Below, piece by piece: positions 52,477-62,135 of a stretch of DNA of 64,000 nt. The stretch is from NCBI GenBank assembly GCA_963716395.1, contig OY970309.1:576001-640000 (forward strand), written 5' to 3'. Origin of the DNA: an uncultured Fibrobacteria bacterium (GTDB taxonomy: Bacteria > Fibrobacterota > Fibrobacteria > UBA11236). A program made the position numbers and the translations under genes. Position 1 is the first letter of the stretch; every line of letters begins with the position of its first letter. The notes beneath the pieces were generated by a model, which did no database searches, was not told where the DNA came from, and worked only from the letters and a program-made list of their open reading frames with translations.

Positions 52477-53205
52477 ATGCTTACCGATCTCCATTTGCAG
52501 AAATACCTGGAAGGACGCCTGTCGAAAAAAGAGGAACAGGAACTCGAAGTGCTGCTGGAAAAAAATCCGTCGCTCCAGCAACGCTTGCAGGAGTTGGAAG
52601 CGCGCGATAATACCGTCTTGCGCCCGCGCTGGGAGCGCGTGTTCCTCAACCGCGGATCGCGACAGGGAAGCCGGGTGCGCTACTCCACCATCCTGCCGGC
52701 CCTGGTGCTGCTCCTGCTCCTCTTCGCGCTCACCGCGCATTGGTTCGGAAAGCCCGGCGCCAATTCCACGTTTCTCCAGGCCGGCGGCAACGGCACGGCC
52801 GTGGATCTGCTCTATCATTCCGCCGGCGACGGGTGGCGCTACCTCGACGCGGGCTTCCACCCCGGCGATTCGCTGACCATCGCCGTCCGCGACACGGGCC
52901 ATTATGCGGTACGCGTGTTCGCCCTCTACGCGGGGTTGCCCGAACCCGTGGCCCAGGAACTCTGGTCGAGCCCGGAGGATCGCCGCTTCGGCAAGGGCGA
53001 TCCCAAGCCGGTCTTCGCTTCGCGGCCGCATTCCGCGCCCCCGTCACTACCGCGTTACCTGGCGTTGATTTACGACACGGGCTCGGTGGCGTCCTTCGAT
53101 TCCGAAGACGTGGTGGGGCTGTTGCGCGCCGGCGCCGGCGCTGGCGGCGGCCGCCAGCCGTCGTTTCAATACCAGGTGTTCCGCGTTCCCGAACCCGGAC
53201 CCTGA
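52477..53205 (+). CDS. Hypothetical membrane protein with anti-sigma-like N-terminus
   Basis: LQKYLEGRLS..E..ELE followed by one TM helix and a periplasmic domain. Confidence 0.55.
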   Translation: MLTDLHLQKYLEGRLSKKEEQELEVLLEKNPSLQQRLQELEARDNTVLRPRWERVFLNRGSRQGSRVRYSTILPALVLLLLLFALTAHWFGKPGANSTFLQAGGNGTAVDLLYHSAGDGWRYLDAGFHPGDSLTIAVRDTGHYAVRVFALYAGLPEPVAQELWSSPEDRRFGKGDPKPVFASRPHSAPPSLPRYLALIYDTGSVASFDSEDVVGLLRAGAGAGGGRQPSFQYQVFRVPEPGP

Positions 53206-53431
53206 AGGGTCCGAGTTCATCCCGGCCCCTCCTCCTGGCCTATCTTCCCAGCGGACAGCATCTTAGCCCCGCGTACGGCGGGCTTACCGGGCCGCCCGAA
53301 ACCAGTTGCAGACCCGCGGATGTTGACATGCCCCGATTGCAAGGATACCTTGTCTGTGATCGATTGATGGTATCATACATGGTACCCTGCGCCGGTTCGC
53401 ATGCCCACCGCGCCGGGACCGACGAGGAAAC

Positions 53432-55351
53432 ATGGCGGAAACCCGAACCGAAGCCCGCGACGCAAAAATCCGCTACGACGAAGACAGCATCAAATCGCTG
53501 AATTGGGTGGAACATATCCGGCTGCGCCCGGGCATGTACATCGGCAAGCTCGGCAACGGATCGGCCCCCGACGACGGCATTTATGTGCTGTTCAAAGAGG
53601 TGGTCGATAATTCCATCGATGAATTCGCCATGGGCGCGGGCAAGGAAATCGACATCGCCATCGCCGCCGACGGAACCTTGTCGGTGCGCGACTACGGCCG
53701 CGGCATTCCCCTCGGCAAGGTGGTGGCCTGCGTGTCGCAGATCAACACCGGCGGAAAATTCGACGGCGAGGCCTTCAAGAAAACCGTGGGGCTGAACGGC
53801 GTGGGCACCAAAGCCGTGAACGCCTTGTCGTCGCAGTTCCGGGTGCAGAGTTTTCGCGACGGCCGCACCAAGTCGGCCGAGTTCAACCAGGGCCAACTCG
53901 TGCAGGACGAGCGCGAGAAGCCGACCACCGAACGCAACGGAACCTTAATCCGCTTCACGCCCGACCCGACCGTTTTCCCCAAGTACCGATGGGAAGCGGA
54001 ATTCCTGGAAGAGCGCATCCGCTATTACACCTATTTGAACAGCGGGCTTTCCATCAACTTCAACGGGCAGAAGTTCACCTCCAAAGGCGGCATTCTCGAT
54101 CTGTTGGCCCATCACACCGACGACACCATCCGCTACCCCATCATCCATTTTCAAGACGGCGATCTCGAAGCCGCCATGACCCATGACGGCAATTACGGGG
54201 AGCGTTATTTCTCCTTCGTCAACGGCCAGTTCACCACCGAAGGCGGCACCCATCTCGCGGCCTTCAAGGAAGGGGTGATCCGCGCCTGCAAGGATTTCTA
54301 TAAGCGCGATTTCGAAGCTTCGGACGTGCGCGGCTCCATCGTGGGTGCCATCGCCATCCGCATGCACGAACCGGTGTTCGAGTCGCAGACCAAAACCAAA
54401 CTCGGCTCGACAACCTACAACGCCCAAGGCGACTCGTTGCGCTCCTGGGTGGCCGACTTCGTGCGCGGACGCCTGGAGCAGCACCTGCACAAAAATCCCG
54501 AGACCGCGAAGGCCCTGCTGGCGCGCATCCAACAGAATGAACATGAACGCAAGGAAATGGCGGGCGTGCGCAAACTGGCCAATGAGCGCGCCAAAAAAGC
54601 CAATCTGCACAACCGCAAACTGCGCGATTGCAACGTGCATTACAACACCAACCACCGGCTGCGCGACCAGTCGCAAATCTTCATCACCGAAGGCGATTCG
54701 GCTTCGGGATCCATTACCAAGGCGCGCAGCGTCAACACCCAGGCCGTATTTTCGCTCAAGGGCAAGCCGCTCAACTGCTACGGCATGTCCAAAAAGGTGG
54801 TGTACGAAAACGAAGAGTTCAACTTGCTTCAGCATGCGCTCAACATCGAAGAGGGCATTGAGGAGCTGCGTTACCATCAAATCATCGTGGCCACCGATGC
54901 CGACGTCGACGGTGCGCATATCCGGCTGTTGCTGCTCACCTTTTTCCTGCAATTCTTTCCGGAGCTGGTGGCGCGCGGCCATGTGCACGTATTGCAAACG
55001 CCCCTGTTCCGCGTGCGCAATAAAAAAGCGACCTTTTACTGCTATGACGAATCCGAGAAAGCCGCGGCCCTCGGCAAGCTGGGGAAGAACGCGGAGATTA
55101 CCCGCTTCAAAGGTTTGGGCGAAATTTCCCCGGATGAATTCTCCGCCTTCATCGGCAAAGACATCCGCCTCGAACCCGTGCTGCTCAAGCCCGACCAGAA
55201 AATCGGCGAAGTGCTGGAATATTATATGGGCAAGAATTCCCCTGAACGCCGCGACTTCATCATGGAGAATTTGCGGGTCGAAGAAGACGTGGTCGAAGAA
55301 AATCCGGAAGCGTTCGCCCGGGAAAAAGCCGCGGTGGGCGCCGCAGAGTGA
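53432..55351 (+). CDS. parE: DNA topoisomerase IV subunit B
   Basis: [49 protein letters not shown]. Confidence 0.88.
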   Translation: MAETRTEARDAKIRYDEDSIKSLNWVEHIRLRPGMYIGKLGNGSAPDDGIYVLFKEVVDNSIDEFAMGAGKEIDIAIAADGTLSVRDYGRGIPLGKVVACVSQINTGGKFDGEAFKKTVGLNGVGTKAVNALSSQFRVQSFRDGRTKSAEFNQGQLVQDEREKPTTERNGTLIRFTPDPTVFPKYRWEAEFLEERIRYYTYLNSGLSINFNGQKFTSKGGILDLLAHHTDDTIRYPIIHFQDGDLEAAMTHDGNYGERYFSFVNGQFTTEGGTHLAAFKEGVIRACKDFYKRDFEASDVRGSIVGAIAIRMHEPVFESQTKTKLGSTTYNAQGDSLRSWVADFVRGRLEQHLHKNPETAKALLARIQQNEHERKEMAGVRKLANERAKKANLHNRKLRDCNVHYNTNHRLRDQSQIFITEGDSASGSITKARSVNTQAVFSLKGKPLNCYGMSKKVVYENEEFNLLQHALNIEEGIEELRYHQIIVATDADVDGAHIRLLLLTFFLQFFPELVARGHVHVLQTPLFRVRNKKATFYCYDESEKAAALGKLGKNAEITRFKGLGEISPDEFSAFIGKDIRLEPVLLKPDQKIGEVLEYYMGKNSPERRDFIMENLRVEEDVVEENPEAFAREKAAVGAAE

Positions 55352-55483
55352 AAAGACGAATTGCCCTTCCCAAAATCCCAACCGGAAAATTGACAACGCG
55401 AACCGGTAATCAAGAAATCGCGGATCCAGTGACAGTGCGGGATTTCTTCACCCTGAATTGGGCGCTTGGCCGTTTGCTCTAAA

Positions 55484-55512
55484 TTGACATCAAAAGAGTG
55501 TAGATGTAGGAT
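55484..55512 (+). promoter_or_regulatory. Sigma70 promoter of the TA module
   Basis: TTGACA-17 nt-TAGGAT with the ATG 6 nt downstream. ACATC/GATGT half-sites overlap it. Confidence 0.65.
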
Positions 55513-55518
55513 TGATGT

Positions 55519-55782
55519 ATGGTGCGGACCCAAATTCAACTGCCCGACGCGCTCTATCGGCGCGCCAAACATTTCGGAGCGGAAAAAGAGATGTCCCTCG
55601 CCGAAATGACCCGACGCGGACTGGAGCTGCTGCTGGATCGCTACCCGTCTGCAGGGAAAAAATCCCCGCGGCCCTGGAAATTTCCCACCTTCAAGAGTGG
55701 ATTGAAGGTCGAGCTGACGAAACTGCGCGAAATCCTGGCGGAAGAGCGGGAAAAACATGCCCTGCGGGGACTCAACCCCTGA
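55519..55782 (+). CDS. RHH-type antitoxin (VapB-like)
   Basis: MVRTQIQLPDALYRRAK..EMSLAEMTRRGLE; precedes a PIN gene. Confidence 0.8.
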   Translation: MVRTQIQLPDALYRRAKHFGAEKEMSLAEMTRRGLELLLDRYPSAGKKSPRPWKFPTFKSGLKVELTKLREILAEEREKHALRGLNP

Positions 55783-55785
55783 TTC

Positions 55786-56229
55786 ATGCTGTCGCTCGAC
55801 ACCAATATCCTGCTCGCGGCTTCGGACGAACGAAACAACGCTTTCACACGGGCGATGTCCTTTATCGCGGGATTGAACGACCGGGAGGATGTGGCGATTT
55901 CTGAATTCGTCCTGCTGGAGCTTTACGTGCTGTTGCGAAATCCTGCGATCATGATCAAACCCCGCACTCCCGTTCAGGCGGTGGAAAGCTGCAACGCCTG
56001 GCGGAGTCATCCACGCTGGCAGGTTCTTGGCTTTCCGCATGACAGTCGCGACTTTCATGATGCGTTTTGGATCAAGCTGGAAGAACCGGGTTTCGCCCGT
56101 CGCCGCGCCGATGATGGGAGGATGGCCCTGGCTTTGATCCGCCAAGGCGTGGACGAATTCGCCACCGTGAACGTGAAAGACTTTAAGGACTTCGAATTCC
56201 GCCGTGTGTGGAACCCGTTGACATCATGA
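55786..56229 (+). CDS. vapC: PIN-domain toxin (VapC-like)
   Basis: LSLDTNILL, LLELY, D.R.A, FATVNVKDF..VWNP. Confidence 0.85.
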   Translation: MLSLDTNILLAASDERNNAFTRAMSFIAGLNDREDVAISEFVLLELYVLLRNPAIMIKPRTPVQAVESCNAWRSHPRWQVLGFPHDSRDFHDAFWIKLEEPGFARRRADDGRMALALIRQGVDEFATVNVKDFKDFEFRRVWNPLTS

Positions 56230-58205
56230 CTCCAAAATCTCTTCCCGATCATTTACCGCATGTCCAGGACCTGTACAAAGAGTATTTCCTCGACTACGCC
56301 TCGTATGTGATCACCGATCGCGCCGTGCCGCATTTGGTCGACGGCTTGAAACCGGTGCAGCGCCGCATTCTCCACAGCTTGTACGAACTGGACGACGGCC
56401 GCTTCCACAAAGTGGCCAACGTCATCGGCCACACCATGAAGTACCATCCGCACGGCGATGCCGCCATCGGCGAAGCCTTGGTGAATCTGGGGCAAAAGGG
56501 TCTGCTCATCGATACGCAGGGAAATTGGGGCGACCCCATAACCGGCGATTCGGCCGCGGCGCCGCGCTACATCGAAGCCAAGCTCAGCAAATTCGCCCTT
56601 GAAGTCGCTTTCAACCCCGCCACCACGACCTGGCAGCGCAGTTACGACGGCCGCAACCTTGAACCCGTACTCTTGCCCATGAAGTTTCCGCTGGTGCTGG
56701 CCCAAGGCGCCGAAGGCATCGCCGTGGGGCTTTCCACCCGCATCGTGCCGCATAACTTCCGGGAAATTCTCGACGCCTGCATCAAGGTGCTGAAAAAAGA
56801 GCCGTTCAAACTGCTGCCGGATTTCCCCACCGGCGGACAGGTCGACGCCTCGCAATACACCGACGGCAAAAGCGGCGGACGCCTCAAGGTGCGCGCCAAA
56901 ATCAGTGCGGTCGACAACCGCACCTTGTCCATCGTGGAAGCGCCGTTCGGCGTCACCACCTCGCAGCTCATCGAATCCATCGTGTCGGCCAATGACAAAG
57001 GCAAGATCAAGGTCAAAAAAATCGAGGACAAAACTTCGAAAGACGTGGAGATCACGGTGCACTTGCCCGTCGGCGCCGATCCCGACAAGGCCATCGATGC
57101 CCTGTACGCTTTTACCGCCTGCGAGGTTTCCATCGCCGTCAATTGCTGCATCATTCTCGAAAACAAACCCGTCTTTCTGGGCGTGTCGGAATTGCTCGAA
57201 TTGTCGGTGCAGCATACCGTCAAGCTGCTGCGGCTGGAACTGGAAATCCGGAAAAAGGCTTTACAGGAAAAATGGCATTTCAAATCGCTGGAGCAGATTT
57301 TCATCGAAGAAAAAATTTACCGCAGGATTGAAATCGCGGAAAGCTGGGAAGCCATCGTATCCCTGGTGGATAAGGGGTTGCGTCCGTTTAAAGACAAGTT
57401 CTTGCGCGCCGTCACCGATGAAGACATCAAGCGTCTGGTCGAGATCCCCATCCGCCGGATTTCGCGCTACGATGCCCAGCGGGCCGAGGAAGAAATTCTC
57501 GCTTTGCAGGTCCAAATTCAGGAAACCGATAAGCATCTCAAGTATTTGACCAAGTACGCCATCGCCTATTATGAAAACCTGCTGGATAAATACGGCAAGG
57601 GCCGCGAACGCAAAACCAAACTCAAGCGTTTCGACGCCATCGACGCTTCCGAGGTCATTCTCTCGAACCTCAAGGTTTACCTGGATCGCGAGAACGGGTT
57701 TGTAGGAACTTCGGTGCGCGACGGAGAATTGATCGGAGAATTCTCATCGCTCGACGAGATCATCGCCTTCAAGGAAGATGGTTCTTTTTGCGTGACCAAG
57801 GTGTCGGACAAATCCTTTGTCGGCAACAAGGTGGTGTACGCCGCCAAATTCGACCGCACCGACGACAAGACCGTTTACAACATGCTGTATCGCGACGGCC
57901 GCGGCGGCGCGACGATGGCCAAGCGATTTCTCATCGGCGGTCTCACGCGCGACAAGCAATACGACTTGACCAAGGGTTCGGCACAAAGCAAGGTGCACTT
58001 TCTCGCCATTCAACCCGACGGGCTGGTCGACAAAGTCGTGATTCACCTCGTGCCGCAACCGCGCATCCGCACCGAAATCCCCCTCAACTTCGAAGATTTG
58101 CCCGTGCGCCCGCGTGGCGCACAAGGCGTAATCGCCACGCGTCATGCGGTGAAACGCGTGGAGAGGCAAATCAAGTCGTCGGACGGGCAGCCGCGGTTAG
58201 TGTGA
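56226..58205 (+). CDS. parC: DNA topoisomerase IV subunit A
   Basis: DRAVP..DGLKPVQRRIL, YHPHGD, AAPRYIEA. The start overlaps the vapC stop (ATGA). Confidence 0.88.
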   Translation: MTPKSLPDHLPHVQDLYKEYFLDYASYVITDRAVPHLVDGLKPVQRRILHSLYELDDGRFHKVANVIGHTMKYHPHGDAAIGEALVNLGQKGLLIDTQGNWGDPITGDSAAAPRYIEAKLSKFALEVAFNPATTTWQRSYDGRNLEPVLLPMKFPLVLAQGAEGIAVGLSTRIVPHNFREILDACIKVLKKEPFKLLPDFPTGGQVDASQYTDGKSGGRLKVRAKISAVDNRTLSIVEAPFGVTTSQLIESIVSANDKGKIKVKKIEDKTSKDVEITVHLPVGADPDKAIDALYAFTACEVSIAVNCCIILENKPVFLGVSELLELSVQHTVKLLRLELEIRKKALQEKWHFKSLEQIFIEEKIYRRIEIAESWEAIVSLVDKGLRPFKDKFLRAVTDEDIKRLVEIPIRRISRYDAQRAEEEILALQVQIQETDKHLKYLTKYAIAYYENLLDKYGKGRERKTKLKRFDAIDASEVILSNLKVYLDRENGFVGTSVRDGELIGEFSSLDEIIAFKEDGSFCVTKVSDKSFVGNKVVYAAKFDRTDDKTVYNMLYRDGRGGATMAKRFLIGGLTRDKQYDLTKGSAQSKVHFLAIQPDGLVDKVVIHLVPQPRIRTEIPLNFEDLPVRPRGAQGVIATRHAVKRVERQIKSSDGQPRLV

Positions 58206-58390
58206 TTACCGCGGCGAAACGAAGTTTTTTTCTTAGCCGATCCTTATAAAGTTCCTTGAATTTTCGGGACGCCAAACAGGCTCACCTCAATCGTTCCTAG
58301 AAAGCGGCCGAACACAGGCTGTATCCAATTTACCCCGATTGGGGTTATTCAATCCCACAAGTAAGGGCGGTTTTCATTGGGGTTGTTTGG

Positions 58391-59008
58391 TCAGGGCATG
58401 GTCGTCGAGCCGTCTGCATGCGCGGATCTTTGCATCCGAGAGGTGAGGGAATCCGCGGATATGGGTTCCCGCAGGATTTGGTCGACCCCCAACCATTGAT
58501 GATCCAGCAAGGCGTTATGCCAGTAAAAGGATACTTCCGAAGTGGGTTCAGTTCCTATCCATAAACTCATTTCGGCGAACATTTGCACATTGAACGAGAG
58601 CATTTTCCGGGGCGGCGGAGGAAGTTTGCCCAAGAATGTGAAGGTAAAGGAACCAATCCAAAACGCCTTTTCATCGTGGGTGAGATCGTCCTTGGGACCT
58701 TTGCCGCCGGGTTTCCATCGGATGATTTTAAGATTGTCGATCGGGTGGTTGTCTACGGAGAGGTGGATCCGGGCGCGTTCGTAATTTTCCATCATCATTT
58801 GATAACCGCGCACTTCATCCGGGACTATGGTTCCAAGTTCGAAGGAAATTTTGTGTGGCAAGATATAGGTGAAATCATCGTGGTGGACCTGCACCGTGAC
58901 AGTGAACGAGTCATGATCCAGGAGACGTAACTTGATCTTGGTGGCTCCGCTGGGATGACTATGTGCGACTGCCGCTATAGCCAGAATGGGGAAAATTGCC
59001 GAACGCAA
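58391..59008 (-). CDS. Hypothetical exported protein
   Basis: Signal peptide; the predicted mature protein begins with His (HPSG). Confidence 0.6.
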   Translation of the reverse strand: MRSAIFPILAIAAVAHSHPSGATKIKLRLLDHDSFTVTVQVHHDDFTYILPHKISFELGTIVPDEVRGYQMMMENYERARIHLSVDNHPIDNLKIIRWKPGGKGPKDDLTHDEKAFWIGSFTFTFLGKLPPPPRKMLSFNVQMFAEMSLWIGTEPTSEVSFYWHNALLDHQWLGVDQILREPISADSLTSRMQRSAHADGSTTMP

Positions 59009-59039
59009 ACCGAAATTGGCCCTTTGATTTTTCTCAACT

Positions 59040-59072
59040 AAAAGGCCTCACCCATATTGGGAAGGCCTTTTT
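59040..59072. terminator. Bidirectional-type terminator
   Basis: AAAAGGCCT-CACCCATATTGGGA-AGGCCTTTTT. Confidence 0.7.
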
Positions 59073-59099
59073 CAGAGAGACCCGCGACCGAGAAATGCT

Positions 59100-60602
59100 C
59101 TAATACAAGCTAATCCGTTTGGTAATCGAATATTTGCTTTTGGGAATGTTCACCCGCACGAAATAGGTACCAATGGGAAGGGCAGAAACCTGAATTTTTC
59201 TGTTGAAACCACCCATCACGGTATTGGAATAGACCTTGCTGCCTTTCAAATCGGTGACCAGGATATGATATGTTCCATACACGTTCATAATGATTTCGAT
59301 GCCGCGGCTGGTGGAATTGACCTCGGTGATGCTTTGGTCGCTGCCTACGGGTTCAATCGACACCGTTTTGGGGGTTTGGCAAGGATAAATGCTGGGATTT
59401 TTGGAGGCCGCTGCCAAATCCGAATCATGCCCCGTCAACAAGCGTACCGTAGCCTCGGGATTGTATTCGACATAATTTGAATCCATGCAACCGGCAAAGT
59501 CGCCGGCCAAATACCGCATGATGCGCCAGTCGATTTGATAGTAAATGCTGTCATCCTGGGTGAAAATCACGTCATTGGAACCGACTTCATTTTCATCATG
59601 GCCCATCATGTTGTAAGCGGTAATACCCTTGCCCATTTTGCGCGACCAGGCTTCTGGGTGATTGCCCAAAACGGGGCAAGCCGGAATGCTTGTACCCGTC
59701 CCCCCGTTCGTGGCAGCACTACCCACGTGGTTCTCATCCAAAGTGAACAGTACATTTACGCTGCCTTCCGAAGCGCCGATCACGCCATTGAGAGCATTTC
59801 CCTGGGATGGGGATGTTCCATAAATGCGGGGGGCTGTGGCGCGGACATTTTCATAGTTTGTGCGGTAGGTATACCATTCATCCTTGGCCGTGAAAGAACG
59901 GGGAAGAGTGCGCCCGCTTTCGTCCTTGCTTAGCCAGATGTTCATGCTTTCCGGATTCTTGATGCCATGGGGGTGATCTGTGGTTATCAAGGGAATTTGC
60001 TGGCTTTGGCCTGGGCAACTATAAGGGGAAGTGATGCCGGTTCCCGGCACCGGGCCTGGCAATACGGAATCGGCATAAATCAGCGCCGGTGTTCCAGCAT
60101 TATTGTGCTGGTTATATTCGCGAATGGTGGCGCGTCCGAGAAATTTGCAACTGGGATCATCAATGTTCTCCTGCCCGTTTACCGGACAGGGAATGAATGC
60201 CGCCGAAGCGTGAATCAGGAAAAGCGCACCGCCCTTGTTTTCCACGTAATCGATCACCGCGGATTGGGAGGCATCGGTGGTGAAAACATTGCCATCTCCA
60301 TTGGTGGCCATCAGCAAAGACACGCCCTGCAAATTCGCCGTGGTGAAGGCGTATGGACCACTGCCGCCCACCGTATCCAACTGGAAACCGTAATGCCTGG
60401 CGAAGTATGCCACCATCTGCCTGGCATAAGCCCGGCTTTGCGGGTGCCCTCCCGACACGGCGTAGGAATAAAGCACGACATGCTTGATATTATGCCCCGG
60501 CATGGTGGTGTCGTAAATGGCACTGGCTTTGGTGTTTTGGACCCCGCCAGCCAATAAAAAAACTAAGGCGCCCCAAACAATTCCGAAAATTGTTCGTTTC
60601 AT
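59100..60602 (-). CDS. ThuA-like domain protein with T9SS-type C-terminal sorting domain
   Basis: Signal peptide; GGALFLIHAS, DEWYTY, HPEAWSR..GKG..YNMMGH; CTD IQVSALPIGTYFVRV. Confidence 0.75.
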   Translation of the reverse strand: MKRTIFGIVWGALVFLLAGGVQNTKASAIYDTTMPGHNIKHVVLYSYAVSGGHPQSRAYARQMVAYFARHYGFQLDTVGGSGPYAFTTANLQGVSLLMATNGDGNVFTTDASQSAVIDYVENKGGALFLIHASAAFIPCPVNGQENIDDPSCKFLGRATIREYNQHNNAGTPALIYADSVLPGPVPGTGITSPYSCPGQSQQIPLITTDHPHGIKNPESMNIWLSKDESGRTLPRSFTAKDEWYTYRTNYENVRATAPRIYGTSPSQGNALNGVIGASEGSVNVLFTLDENHVGSAATNGGTGTSIPACPVLGNHPEAWSRKMGKGITAYNMMGHDENEVGSNDVIFTQDDSIYYQIDWRIMRYLAGDFAGCMDSNYVEYNPEATVRLLTGHDSDLAAASKNPSIYPCQTPKTVSIEPVGSDQSITEVNSTSRGIEIIMNVYGTYHILVTDLKGSKVYSNTVMGGFNRKIQVSALPIGTYFVRVNIPKSKYSITKRISLY

Positions 60603-60699
60603 AATCCTCTTATCCTCCCAGAGACAATCCCCATGATGTAGACGATTTAAAATACAGCCGAATTCCTTTTAACGAAGGTGAAAATTCCTTCAAATATCA

Positions 60700-62124
60700 C
60701 TAAAAAAGCCCGTATTCCAGGCGGATGATGTAATACCAGTCCCGGCTGAACGGGGTGGAAGACACGGTACTGTAATCGGCCCCACCCGGACCCGCATAGA
60801 GTTGGCGTTCATGGTCGCTGGCCGCCTGGGCATAGATATTCAAACCTTTAGTGATATGCCGGCTGGCATAAACGGACCAACGCCACTTGGTGGTTGGCGC
60901 ATTTGGATTGGTTGGGGTGGCGGGAAGCGGAAATCCATTCCCGTTATAAACCGAAGAAATATCGTCCACCCAGTCGGATTTGTAATATTCGACTTCGCAG
61001 TTAAGTTTATCCAGGAGCTTGAAGGTTGGGATATTCACGCCCGCCATAATCGGCATGCGTTGCCAGGGATTTTTGTAATAATAGGGGTAGTTTTTGATCC
61101 CCAGCATGGCCCATTCGGCATAAACCTTGAAGCTGTTCGCAGGGATGAGGTCGGGCATGTTCAACAAGGATCCGAAATCCAAGGATATGCGGGCCATGGC
61201 TTTGACGGCCTGGAAGGTATAATAACCCAATTGACTGGCTGGGGTTGTGAGGGTCAGCGAATCGCGTACCCAATACAGCGAGTCGTGGGCGCGGTAAATG
61301 GGGTAGAGAGGATTGGTCGGGTCCAGGTTGGCAACCGATCCCACATTGGATAAGGCAAGACTGTAAGGGGTGTTGGTGGACTTGCTGTAGGCGTTATTCA
61401 AATCCTTCGGCGTCACCGCGTCGGGATTGAATGAAAAGGCATGCGCCCATTCAAGGCCTCCGCCGAATTCCAAAAAGCTCGTGGGTTTAATCGTCACCGT
61501 ATAGCCGGGACTCAAATCATCGGTGGGCTCGATGCCTCTTTCGATGAACAGGGTGAAATCATGAATGACCTTGCCTCCGAAAGTGGGAAGGTTGAAATGC
61601 GCTCCCTCGGCCAGGTAATCGGCGGAATTGAGATAGGACCAGCCTCCATTCCAAATCGTATTGGGATAGGCATCGCAGCGGTAAAGGTATTCGCCCAGAT
61701 TGTTGGCATCGGGATTGTATTTGTAGGGGAATAGGCCGAATTGCAATTTGGCCGAGGGATCCGAAGGGTCGCCGAAGGAATAAATCCCCTGCGCTTCGCC
61801 TACGCCGGGCCCGAATTGCAGGATTCGATCGCTGATTTCTCCGCCATTGCTAAAGGAATACCAGAACAGGCCACCCGCCGTAAGCCGCACTTCGAATTTT
61901 TTATCCGAGATACCGGCATAGGTCATGTAAACGCCGGTGCGGGACAAAGGAATGCCTTTGGCATTATCCTGGGTTCCGGCGGTGTAATAGGAGCCCTTCA
62001 CAATTTGCCCCAAGTCCATATAGGCTCCGATTTCATTGGGCTCATTTTCCCAATCGGCATGCAGATTCGTGGCGGCGCAGGCCAGCACCAGGCAAAATTG
62101 AAATCGTATGCTCAAGGAGTTCAT
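60700..62124 (-). CDS. Hypothetical outer-membrane protein (paralog of 62136-63530)
   Basis: Signal peptide, QFGLFPYKYNPDANNLGEYL, C-terminal WYYIIRLEYGLF. Confidence 0.75.
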   Translation of the reverse strand: MNSLSIRFQFCLVLACAATNLHADWENEPNEIGAYMDLGQIVKGSYYTAGTQDNAKGIPLSRTGVYMTYAGISDKKFEVRLTAGGLFWYSFSNGGEISDRILQFGPGVGEAQGIYSFGDPSDPSAKLQFGLFPYKYNPDANNLGEYLYRCDAYPNTIWNGGWSYLNSADYLAEGAHFNLPTFGGKVIHDFTLFIERGIEPTDDLSPGYTVTIKPTSFLEFGGGLEWAHAFSFNPDAVTPKDLNNAYSKSTNTPYSLALSNVGSVANLDPTNPLYPIYRAHDSLYWVRDSLTLTTPASQLGYYTFQAVKAMARISLDFGSLLNMPDLIPANSFKVYAEWAMLGIKNYPYYYKNPWQRMPIMAGVNIPTFKLLDKLNCEVEYYKSDWVDDISSVYNGNGFPLPATPTNPNAPTTKWRWSVYASRHITKGLNIYAQAASDHERQLYAGPGGADYSTVSSTPFSRDWYYIIRLEYGLF

Positions 62125-62135
62125 TCCCAACTCCC

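Noticed and set aside
53432-58205. parE as a ParE toxin, or the pair as gyrB/gyrA
   Set aside because: These are full-length type IIA topoisomerase subunits. The short A subunit without a GyrA box indicates topoisomerase IV.
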